Below, one piece after another: positions 25,716-32,000 of a stretch of DNA of 32,000 nt; the stretch's first letter is position 1, and each line of letters starts with the position of its first letter. The DNA lies in assembly GCF_014280175.1 (NCBI RefSeq), contig NZ_CP047931.1, positions 1,080,001-1,112,000 of the forward strand, in the 5' to 3' direction. The notes beneath the pieces were generated by a model, which worked only from the letters and a program-made list of their open reading frames with translations, was not told where the DNA came from and ran no database searches. The DNA is from Synechococcus sp. A15-28 (lineage in GTDB: Bacteria > Cyanobacteriota > Cyanobacteriia > PCC-6307 > Cyanobiaceae). Position numbers and translations under genes: made by a program.

Positions 25716-27308
25716 TTATCGACCCTGAAGCTGGCGAAGCCATTGCTGCTGACTGCGAATGGCATCGGTGTAACGAGGTGAGGGGAGGGGAAGGATGGCT
25801 GGTAGTGGTGGGGGGGGAGTGGCAGGCCCCGCTCTGACAGGAGCGGGTTGTTGGATCGGTTCGGCAGCCGGTGTAACAACTTTGACGGGTGCCGTCTCCT
25901 GTTCGTTGATGGGCTCTATCGCAGCGGGTGGAGCCAGGTTGGGCATCACCTTGCGCTCTTTTTTCTGAGCGGCCAATGTCTCCTGAGCCGCCTTTTGCTT
26001 TTTCTGCCGCTGATGCAGCGTTGCCAGCTGCTGGACGGGGACCACACTCAGCAGATGACCTGGCGTCGCATCGGCGGGATACACCAGGCTGACCTTGACG
26101 GGATTGCTGTCACCTGGTTTCAAGCGAAGGTCCGACAAGGCGAGACTTTCGCCGGCTCGAAGGCCCACATGGACCTCTTCCACAGCGTCACCCTGCTGAA
26201 TTCTGATCGAGCCGCGAAACGCTGTGAAGGGCTTTTTCCCAGAGACAACCGGGTGGCTCATCACCAGCTGGTGGACTCCCTGTCCTTTGAGATTCAAGGT
26301 GACGTCGTAGCGGACTCCATAAGTTCCGACATTGTTCAAAGCTGAGTCGACCATCCGGGTGGTCAAGGGATTCACCTGAACATCACGGGTCCCGAAATGA
26401 TGGCGTGATGTGCTGGTCAGAGGCACATGCAGTGGGCCTTGGTTGAGGTTGTGATCAATGTTGGCGGCGTACTTGTCACCAATGGCGACACCGGCGACAC
26501 GGGAGAAGACCTCACCCGATTGAATGTCCCGAATGCGGTTGAGGTAGATGCGTCCAGGCGCCAGTCGGCCTCGCCGGAGAACCGATAGAAGAGCATGTTC
26601 GCTCTGCTTCTCTTCAGCTGCGACGACAGCTAATTGAAAGGGACCATCGCTGCGACCCTGGAGCAACCCATTGGCGATGCCTCGTGCCGGCAGATCGGTG
26701 CTGACGACGACTTTGCTGGAACGGGGTGGAATCACGATTGATGGCCGCAGCTTGCGATCCAGTTCTTCGCGCAACATCTGCACGGCTGTCGCATCACCCG
26801 GACCCGTGTTCCAGGGTCGCTTTCCGAGGGGTTTGACCCCCATCAGGTTGTTGGGAAGGTATGGGGCCTCAAAACTGTTTTTGACTGATCCACTGGAGAA
26901 GGTCAGCGTCACCGGACGCTCTCGAGGATTGATGGCGATCAGGCCAAGGGTCAGAAGACCTCGCTTTTTGCGTCCCCCCAGTTTCTTGGCATCGGAGGGG
27001 TAGTACTTGTGGTGCATGTGCACCCCGAAGTCGCCGTTGAAGGTGAATTGCGCATTTCGCAGCGGACGGTTGGTTTCCGCAGCGATGGACGTTCCGGGGG
27101 CAGTCGTGACAAGGATTCCCGGCCCTTTGACGATTTCAGGCTGATTGGAATGAAGAACGGGAACCCGGTTGAAGGAGCCATTGAGCGGCTTGGCCCTCTG
27201 GCCTGACATCAGCGCGACGTAGGCCGAGGCAGGGCGCACAAGCACAGTGCTGCATGTCGCAGTTGCGACACAGGCCAGGACTTGAAGTGGGACGCGTCCG
27301 AGCCTCAT
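25716..27308 (-). CDS. Exported beta-rich protein with proline-rich C-terminal tail (possibly DUF3370 family)
   Basis: ATG 27308 gives a Sec-type signal (MRLGRVPLQVLACVATATCSTVLVRPASA|Y). A ~420-aa domain follows, then a lysine-rich coil (HQRQKKQKAAQETLAAQKKERK) and a Pro-rich tail (..PAAEPIQQPAPVRAGPATPPPPLPAILPLPSP..). The DUF3370 label is from memory and needs an HMM check. The longest ORF starts at TTG 27389. Confidence 0.6.
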   Translation of the reverse strand: MRLGRVPLQVLACVATATCSTVLVRPASAYVALMSGQRAKPLNGSFNRVPVLHSNQPEIVKGPGILVTTAPGTSIAAETNRPLRNAQFTFNGDFGVHMHHKYYPSDAKKLGGRKKRGLLTLGLIAINPRERPVTLTFSSGSVKNSFEAPYLPNNLMGVKPLGKRPWNTGPGDATAVQMLREELDRKLRPSIVIPPRSSKVVVSTDLPARGIANGLLQGRSDGPFQLAVVAAEEKQSEHALLSVLRRGRLAPGRIYLNRIRDIQSGEVFSRVAGVAIGDKYAANIDHNLNQGPLHVPLTSTSRHHFGTRDVQVNPLTTRMVDSALNNVGTYGVRYDVTLNLKGQGVHQLVMSHPVVSGKKPFTAFRGSIRIQQGDAVEEVHVGLRAGESLALSDLRLKPGDSNPVKVSLVYPADATPGHLLSVVPVQQLATLHQRQKKQKAAQETLAAQKKERKVMPNLAPPAAIEPINEQETAPVKVVTPAAEPIQQPAPVRAGPATPPPPLPAILPLPSPRYTDAIRSQQQWLRQLQGR

Positions 27309-27416
27309 GAGACGGCCTTCAGTCGGGGTTCGGCTGAAGTACTGCTGGCGAAGGTGCCTCACGGTAAGCGTCGGATCCGTGCAAGCCAAGCCAAGAGCGA
27401 CTCACGGGACCATGGT

Positions 27417-27432
27417 GAATTCGCCAGAATTC
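27417..27432. repeat. GAATTC-GCCA-GAATTC palindromic/direct repeat in the region upstream of the exported-protein gene
   Basis: Read directly: GAATTC at 27417-27422 and 27427-27432, also a 7-nt direct repeat GAATTCG spaced by CCA. It lies ~110 nt upstream of ATG 27308 (minus strand) and ~95 nt upstream of the small plus-strand ORF at 27525. Confidence 0.5.
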
Positions 27433-27524
27433 GTCCAGTTATCCCTTCAACCATGCTTCCTCCGTTTTGCTGCAACGGAAGCTCCGATCACCAGCAACGG
27501 AGACGTCAGCATCAGGAGCGCAAG

Positions 27525-27626
27525 ATGGCCATGTTGATGTTCTGGCGGGATGGATTGGAGCGACAGCTCGCCGCTCTGAATGCCACCATCGGCACGCTTC
27601 ATGATCAGATGCAGCGCGACGCCTAA
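27525..27626 (+). CDS. Candidate 33-aa small protein (amphipathic helix)
   Basis: ATG 27525 is preceded by AGGAG (27514-27518) at 6-nt spacing. The product is MAMLMFWRDGLERQLAALNATIGTLHDQMQRDA*. By my count 24 of 33 codons end in G/C, matching the genome bias. It competes with an antisense 51-codon ORF (27447-27602). Confidence 0.3.
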   Translation: MAMLMFWRDGLERQLAALNATIGTLHDQMQRDA

Positions 27627-28251
27627 TCGGCCGGTTGCAGGTCGCTCAGCTTCAGCTCCAACTGCTTGAGACCTCGCTAGACCCGACGTTGGACAGTCAT
27701 GGCTGAAACGCCAAGGCTGCTGCCAACGTTGCGCAGTCTGCGCCCTTCGATCACGACTGCATTCACGGCTTGTCTGTCTTTGGCAGCAAGCCCAGCGAAG
27801 GCTTGTTGAACGGTTTCTCTCCGTTCGGCGTTGAGCATCATCGACAATCCTGTCTTCGCTGGTGCCTGAAGATTCATCGGCAAGGGTTGCCAGCGGTTTT
27901 TTGCTCGATAGGTCGCCTGAACCCACTGCTCATGACTGTTCTGTGGAGCACTGGTTTGACACAGCCGTTGCGCTTCTTCCTCAAGGCGTCGTGGCAGTCG
28001 AACCAGGGCAACGCTGTCGCGTAAGTAGTGAAGAATCGCCCCTCGGGCATGGGTCCTGGCGAAGGCCTCAAAGGGCACGTTGGTGCACTTCTGTAGGTCT
28101 TGGTTGCTTTGATCAGACCAAGAACGGCCACCTGAAAGAGGTCATCCTGGTCAAGACCAGTGCGTTGGGAAAAGCTTCTGGCCAGACGAAGGGCCAGGTC
28201 GAGATGACGTTCAACCAGTTGGTTGCGCCGATGAACTTTGGAATTGGGCAT
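27623..28251 (-). pseudogene. Disrupted group-3 (SigB/SigF-type) sigma-70 family factor: frameshift plus in-frame TAG
   Basis: Region 2.1-2.2 (..RNQLVERHLDLALRLARSFSQRTGLDQDDLFQVAVLGLIKATKTYRS) is in one frame (track ORF 27874-28257). Regions 2.3-4.2 (PFEAFARTHARGAILHYLRDSVALVRLPRRL...RRLRNVGSSLGVSAMTVQRRV) are in another frame (track ORF 27677-28078). The junction at ~28079-28083 lacks one base. TAG at 27677-27679 is followed in frame by RGLKQLELKLSDLQPAD*, the expected end of region 4.2. Confidence 0.75.
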
Positions 28252-28255
28252 GAAC

Positions 28256-28282
28256 AAAAAAGATCCGGGATTTCCTTTCCCG
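28256..28282 (-). terminator. Weak candidate intrinsic terminator after the Ap4A-phosphorylase-like gene
   Basis: Read on the minus strand: CGGGA-AAGGAAA-TCCCG hairpin followed by GATCTTTTTTG. The stem is only 5 bp. It ends just upstream of the sigma relic's ATG. Confidence 0.3.
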
Positions 28283-28331
28283 TCTGTTGTTCAAGCCATG
28301 CATAGTCCAGGTGGCCGATTCATCCGTGGCA

Positions 28332-29183
28332 TCACGGATCTGTGGCGACCACACCCCTGAGCAAGGCTTCGGGGCCGTTGGCTGCCAACCAGGTCCGATC
28401 TGATCGCTCCGTGCTCAGCAGATATCCCGCAAAGCCAAGGGCGTTGACGCTGTATCCATGCATCTCATCACGTGCCCGTTTGACCAAGCCCATCCAGCGA
28501 TCACTGATCAGAAGGTTGTAGGGATGCAATGGTTGCCCAACCTGCTCTGGTGAACCCAGGCCGCTCTGGAGACAGAGCTCGAGGTAGATCTCGACGAGTG
28601 CTGAACCGGACCACGTTGCAGGCAGCAGTTTGATGCGAATGCTGTTGCTGAGGCTGTCCATGGGCGTTGTTCTGTTCCCGTTGATCAAGTGGTTCTGAAA
28701 CCACGGCTCTCGGGGACAGAGTCGATCGCCGGCCTCCCTTGGCAACAGCTGCAGATGGCGATGGGGTTGGCTGGCTCCAGCCTGGGGCCCGCTGTTGAAG
28801 AACCAGAGCCCAGCTGTGTCCTGATGGACTTGGCACACCGCCGTCCAATCCAACAGCGATAACCAGCCGATCTGGGGTTGCCAGCCGCGGCTGATCAGCA
28901 ACATGTGCCCCAGTTGCACTGGATATTTGTTGAGGATCAGGACGTGCTCGTCGCCGACGCCTGTGATTTCAAGGCGCTGATCCCACGGGAGGAATGGATT
29001 GGGTTTCGGGCCGGCAGCTCTCAGGTGTCGAGGAGGGGCACCCACCAGATGGCGGATTTCAAAGCCGCTGTCTCCGCTGCCGCTCCAGGTCTCGATGTCC
29101 GTACTGAGTGGACGAAGAGCGCCGTTGCTCAGCGCTTCCTGGCTGCGATGCAGTGCCCGCTGGTGCAATCCCTCGGCGACCAT
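28332..29183 (-). CDS. ATP adenylyltransferase / Ap4A phosphorylase II-like (HIT/GalT-branch)
   Basis: 283 aa. LILNKYPVQLGHMLLISRGWQPQ and the histidine motif SQPHRHLQLLP (H-x-H-x-Q) match the Ap4A phosphorylase (COG4360-type) pattern as I remember it. Confidence 0.6.
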   Translation of the reverse strand: MVAEGLHQRALHRSQEALSNGALRPLSTDIETWSGSGDSGFEIRHLVGAPPRHLRAAGPKPNPFLPWDQRLEITGVGDEHVLILNKYPVQLGHMLLISRGWQPQIGWLSLLDWTAVCQVHQDTAGLWFFNSGPQAGASQPHRHLQLLPREAGDRLCPREPWFQNHLINGNRTTPMDSLSNSIRIKLLPATWSGSALVEIYLELCLQSGLGSPEQVGQPLHPYNLLISDRWMGLVKRARDEMHGYSVNALGFAGYLLSTERSDRTWLAANGPEALLRGVVATDP

Positions 29184-29273
29184 CGCGACGCAGTTGGTCC
29201 TGAAGGGCGTGGCGATCGTAGGCGGGGGTGGCGTTGCCTTCGCTAGATGTCATGCAGTGGAACCGTTCAATCA

Positions 29274-30002
29274 ATGACGACCCATGGGGATGACGCCTGG
29301 ACGGGACTGGCACTGGTGGTTGGCACCGGTGGCATCGGCTCAGCCTTAACAGCGCAGCTGAAGCAGCAGTGCCAGGGTCTTCGGGTCATCACCGCAGGAC
29401 GGCAGGGGTCACCCGCCCAGGACCTGTGCCTCGACCTGGAACGGGATGGGGATCTTGAGGCCTTGACGGAGACCCTGCGTGCGGAGTCTGACGAGCTGCG
29501 GCTGGTGGTGAATGCCACAGGTCGACTGCACGGTCCTGGCCTTGTTCCTGAAAAGCGACTCAAGCAGGTGGGGCGCAGCGCCCTACTGGAGCAGTTCTCG
29601 ATCAATGCCATCGCCCCGGTGTTGCTCGCCCGCGCTGTGGAACCCCTGCTGCAGCGTGATCGCCCTTTTCATTTCGCCAGCCTCAGCGCACGCGTCGGCA
29701 GCATCGCTGATAACCGCAGCGGTGGTTGGTACAGCTACAGGGCGGCCAAGGCTGCTCAGAACCAGCTGCTCAAATGCCTGAGCATCGAATGGCGTCGTCG
29801 CTGGCCGCTCGCCACCGTCACGCTGCTCCATCCCGGCACAACCGACACCGACCTGTCCAAGCCGTTCCAGACCTTCGTTCCACCGGAGAAGTTGTTCACG
29901 CCACTAAGGGCCGCGGAACAGCTCGTCAACGTGCTGCTCGCTCAGGAACCGGAGGATTCAGGTGCATTCCTGGCCTGGGATGGTCAACCGATCGACTGGT
30001 GA
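29274..30002 (+). CDS. Short-chain dehydrogenase/reductase (SDR)
   Basis: Rossmann motif LVVGTGGIGSAL, NAxG (NATG) and catalytic YSYRAAKAAQN (YxxxK). ATG 29274 (MTTHGDD..) is preferred; an upstream ATG at 29247 is also possible. Confidence 0.8.
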   Translation: MTTHGDDAWTGLALVVGTGGIGSALTAQLKQQCQGLRVITAGRQGSPAQDLCLDLERDGDLEALTETLRAESDELRLVVNATGRLHGPGLVPEKRLKQVGRSALLEQFSINAIAPVLLARAVEPLLQRDRPFHFASLSARVGSIADNRSGGWYSYRAAKAAQNQLLKCLSIEWRRRWPLATVTLLHPGTTDTDLSKPFQTFVPPEKLFTPLRAAEQLVNVLLAQEPEDSGAFLAWDGQPIDW

Positions 30003-30376
30003 GCGTGTTCCTTCAGCTGATCAAGACTGACCACGCTCAGTGCCCTGTCCTCTGTGGCCTCGAGACACACCAGGGGGGCCATGCCGTCGTCGTAGGCCTG
30101 CTTCCAACGCGGCGCGCACACACACCAACGGTCACCAGGCTTCAGCCCAGGGAACTGGAAGGCCGGTACCGGGGTGGAGAGGTCGTTCCCCTGCGCTTTG
30201 CTGTAGCGAAGAAAGGCTTCGGTCATGACACAGCAGATGCTGTGCTGGCCGAGATCGCTTGGATCGGTCTGACAGGTGCCGTCGCGGTACCAGCCGGTCA
30301 TTGGTGAGCATCCGCACACCAGCAGCGGCTTCCCGAGAACGTTGAGCGGGGCTGAACGGGCTGATGTGCTGGTCAT
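29984..30376 (-). CDS. DUF2237 family protein
   Basis: From ATG 30376: LNVLGKPLLVCGCSPMTGWYRDGTCQTDPSDLGQHSICCVMTEAFLRYSKAQGNDLSTP..FPGLKPGDRWCVCAPRWKQA. This is the conserved DUF2237 pattern as I remember it. It overlaps the SDR 3' end by 19 nt (convergent). Confidence 0.7.
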   Translation of the reverse strand: MTSTSARSAPLNVLGKPLLVCGCSPMTGWYRDGTCQTDPSDLGQHSICCVMTEAFLRYSKAQGNDLSTPVPAFQFPGLKPGDRWCVCAPRWKQAYDDGMAPLVCLEATEDRALSVVSLDQLKEHAHQSIG

Positions 30377-30487
30377 CCTGACGGAGATCACACGGGGAGT
30401 CTGCCGAAGGAGTGGCACATTTTGACGTCAGACAGTTGACGAACCCCTGGGGGAACGCGGTAAAGGTCATTCAGTTATGTCCACTCG

Positions 30488-30718
30488 ATGGATTGGGAGT
30501 TCACTGAAGACGCTGCGTTCCTGGCGCTCTGCGATGCCTTTCGCGAGAGTGGTGAAAGCTCAGCCATTGAGTTCCTGGCCAACGGTGAAGGGGCCTTCCA
30601 CTTCCAGGACCTCGCCCAGAACGCTGCCGGTGAAGGCATCGACCTCAGTGAGTCGAATGCCCTTGATGAGTTTCAGCAGAACGTGATCGACACGATGGAG
30701 AAGCTCTGTCAGGAGTGA
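30488..30718 (+). CDS. Small acidic hypothetical protein
   Basis: 76-aa ATG ORF, strongly acidic (many D/E), with G/C-rich third positions. No family recognised. Confidence 0.4.
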   Translation: MDWEFTEDAAFLALCDAFRESGESSAIEFLANGEGAFHFQDLAQNAAGEGIDLSESNALDEFQQNVIDTMEKLCQE

Positions 30719-30751
30719 ACCTGACAGAACCTGGTCGGCTGGATACGACGT

Positions 30752-31024
30752 TCAGCCGAAGTAGAAGGCGATTTCCTTGTCCTTCAGACCGTCCCAACCT
30801 GCATCGAGGAGCCGTTGGTTCAGGCTTGCTTGGTCGAAGTGCTTTGCGCCGGTCTTGACCACGCGGTTGCGCATGGACTTGAGCACACCGCTCCTGGCGC
30901 GCTGGCTCTCCAGGTCCATCACCTCGTTGTAGAGCTCGAGCATTGCCACTGGAATCGGTGATCCATCGAGATCAACGCCTGCCTTGATGGCGGCATCCAC
31001 GCCATCGGGTCCGGCAATCGCCAT
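30752..31024 (-). CDS. Conserved-looking hypothetical protein, 90 aa
   Basis: ATG ORF starting 26 nt downstream of the metH stop on the same strand, with no hairpin plus T-run in between. Sequence: MAIAGPDGVDAAIKAGVDLDGSPIPVAMLELYNEVMDLES..LLDAGWDGLKDKEIAFYFG. Family not recognised. Confidence 0.5.
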   Translation of the reverse strand: MAIAGPDGVDAAIKAGVDLDGSPIPVAMLELYNEVMDLESQRARSGVLKSMRNRVVKTGAKHFDQASLNQRLLDAGWDGLKDKEIAFYFG

Positions 31025-31050
31025 GGTCAGCTGAAAAAAGACGCCTCAGG

Positions 31051-32000
31051 CTATGCGCTGAAGTAGCGAGCCTTGCTGTGAAGCGCCACCAGTGCTGTGG
31101 TGCTCTGCTCAGGGGAGAGCTGATCGCTGGCGTCCATGGAGAGGCCGATGCGGTCGGCACCGAGCCAGGCCAATTGCTGACGCGAATCAGCCACGTTGGG
31201 GCAGGCGGGGTAACCGAAGGAGTAGCGACTGCCGCGGTAGCGCTGAGCCAGGACATCCCGCAGCGGCATGCCATCTGGATCAGCAAAGCCCAGCTCCCGT
31301 CGAATGCGGGCGTGGACCCATTCCGCCATCGCTTCGGCCATCTGAACCGCCAGTCCGTGGAAGTAGAGGTAATCGCTGTACTGATCGCCTTTGAACAGCT
31401 CCTGAGCCACTTCACTGGCCTTGACGCCCATGGTCACCGCCTGCATCGGCAGCACGTCCGTGGGGCGTCCGTCAGCGGTCATGTCCTGGAAGAAATCCGC
31501 AATGCAATAGCGGTTACCGGAGCGCTGACGAGGGAGGTCAAAACGGCCGAGCTCATGCTCGCCATTGGCGTCAAAAACCCTCAGGGCATTGCCGTCGCGG
31601 CCGACAGGGAAATAGCCGTAAGCCGCCCGGGGTGTGAGCAATGACTCATTCAGACAGCGCTCCATCCACTGCTGCAGGACAGGCTCAGCCTTGTCCGCCA
31701 GCATCGCCTCGTAATCCTCCCGAGACTGCTGCTGGGTCTTGCGCAGTTGCCACTGACCCGCAAACAGAGCGTTGCGATCCAGGTAGCTGAAGACCTCTTC
31801 AATGTCGACGTCAGCTTCTGTGATGACGACAGAACCCTGGAACGGGGCCTTGGGTGCCAGCTCTGCCGGCACAGCTTCGGATCGCTCCGTGGTGACCGGC
31901 AACTGAGGAGTTGCGGCCTCCTTCGGGGTCTTCGCAGCAGACGCGGAGCTCTCCGCCGATGCCGACTCACTCTCCTCATCAAGGCCGACTCCGCTGGGGG
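31051..32000 (-). CDS. metH: Cobalamin-dependent methionine synthase, C-terminal AdoMet-binding/reactivation domain (5'-truncated by window edge)
   Basis: Motifs: ..LTPRAAYGYFPV.., FDLPRQRSGNRYCIADFF, YLYFHGLAVQMAEA, RYSFGYPACPN, ..LSPEQSTTALVALHSKARYFSA*. The track ORF starts at an internal TTG (31902). By hand translation the frame stays open to base 32000 (..GVGLDEESESASAESSASAAKTPKEAATPQ-LPVTTERSE..), so the gene continues beyond the window. Confidence 0.9.
   Translation of the reverse strand, partial: PSGVGLDEESESASAESSASAAKTPKEAATPQLPVTTERSEAVPAELAPKAPFQGSVVITEADVDIEEVFSYLDRNALFAGQWQLRKTQQQSREDYEAMLADKAEPVLQQWMERCLNESLLTPRAAYGYFPVGRDGNALRVFDANGEHELGRFDLPRQRSGNRYCIADFFQDMTADGRPTDVLPMQAVTMGVKASEVAQELFKGDQYSDYLYFHGLAVQMAEAMAEWVHARIRRELGFADPDGMPLRDVLAQRYRGSRYSFGYPACPNVADSRQQLAWLGADRIGLSMDASDQLSPEQSTTALVALHSKARYFSA

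Noticed and set aside
25810-25817. G8/C8 homopolymer inside the exported-protein gene as a possible phase-variation tract
   Set aside because: Comparable runs occur inside housekeeping genes here (G8 at 16457-16464 in the FAD oxidoreductase, G7 near 17884-17890 in RNase II/R). They simply encode Pro-Pro or Gly-Gly, so this is compositional rather than a contingency locus.
27447-27926. 159-aa minus-strand ORF spanning the 3' half of the sigma gene
   Set aside because: Most of it is an out-of-frame read through sigma regions 3-4 and is Arg/Ser/Gln-rich nonsense. Only its last 51 codons (from ATG 27602), which lie outside the sigma gene, are considered, as a low-confidence candidate.
28070-28095. 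Programmed ribosomal frameshift as the explanation for the split sigma gene
   Set aside because: There is no slippery heptamer or downstream structure at the junction (..GCACCAACGTGCCC..). A second independent lesion, the in-frame TAG at 27677, fits decay better. Sequencing error for the single-base lesion cannot be excluded without reads.
1-32000. CRISPR arrays, IS elements, integrases, prophage or defence-island genes, and rRNA
   Set aside because: No regularly spaced direct repeats, terminal inverted repeats, or transposase/integrase-like ORFs were seen on either strand. Apart from 24.2-28.3 kb, the gene content is ordinary conserved housekeeping.

Overview
This is a GC-rich cyanobacterial chromosome segment, most consistent with a marine Synechococcus-type (subcluster 5.1-like) core-genome region. 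That assignment is inferred from gene content, not from a search. The window carries apcD and several thylakoid-associated genes: ycf20-like, a TPM/Psb32-like gene, cemA/pxcA and a CCB-like gene. It also has translation genes (rpmF, rpmG, rpsR, metG, pheT, one tRNA-CAU, trmL, an RlmD-like methyltransferase, RNase II/R) and B12/C1 genes (cobU, and the 3' part of metH). Envelope genes are a LysM-M23 peptidase and an LptC-like lipoprotein. An FtsH paralog, a 2-Cys peroxiredoxin and several conserved hypotheticals complete the set. Genes are tightly packed, with many 4-11 nt overlaps. I saw no CRISPR array, transposase, integrase, rRNA or obvious defence island. Five things deserve a second look. 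(1) The ftsH paralog has no sequence room for the canonical first TM helix, and its stop overlaps (ATGA) the start of a UPF0182 polytopic membrane protein. (2) A SigB/SigF-type sigma gene carries two independent lesions, a 1-nt frameshift and an in-frame TAG. (3) Downstream of it on the same strand sits a two-gene pair: an exported beta-rich protein with a proline-rich tail, and a protein combining an N-terminal ribbon-helix-helix with a C-terminal J-domain. (4) A roughly 590-bp AT-rich orphan spacer lies between two convergent genes. (5) Two short genes fall below the ORF-track cutoff: rpmF, and a Shine-Dalgarno-preceded 33-codon ORF. All family assignments come from motif recognition by eye and memory. 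No database search was run.
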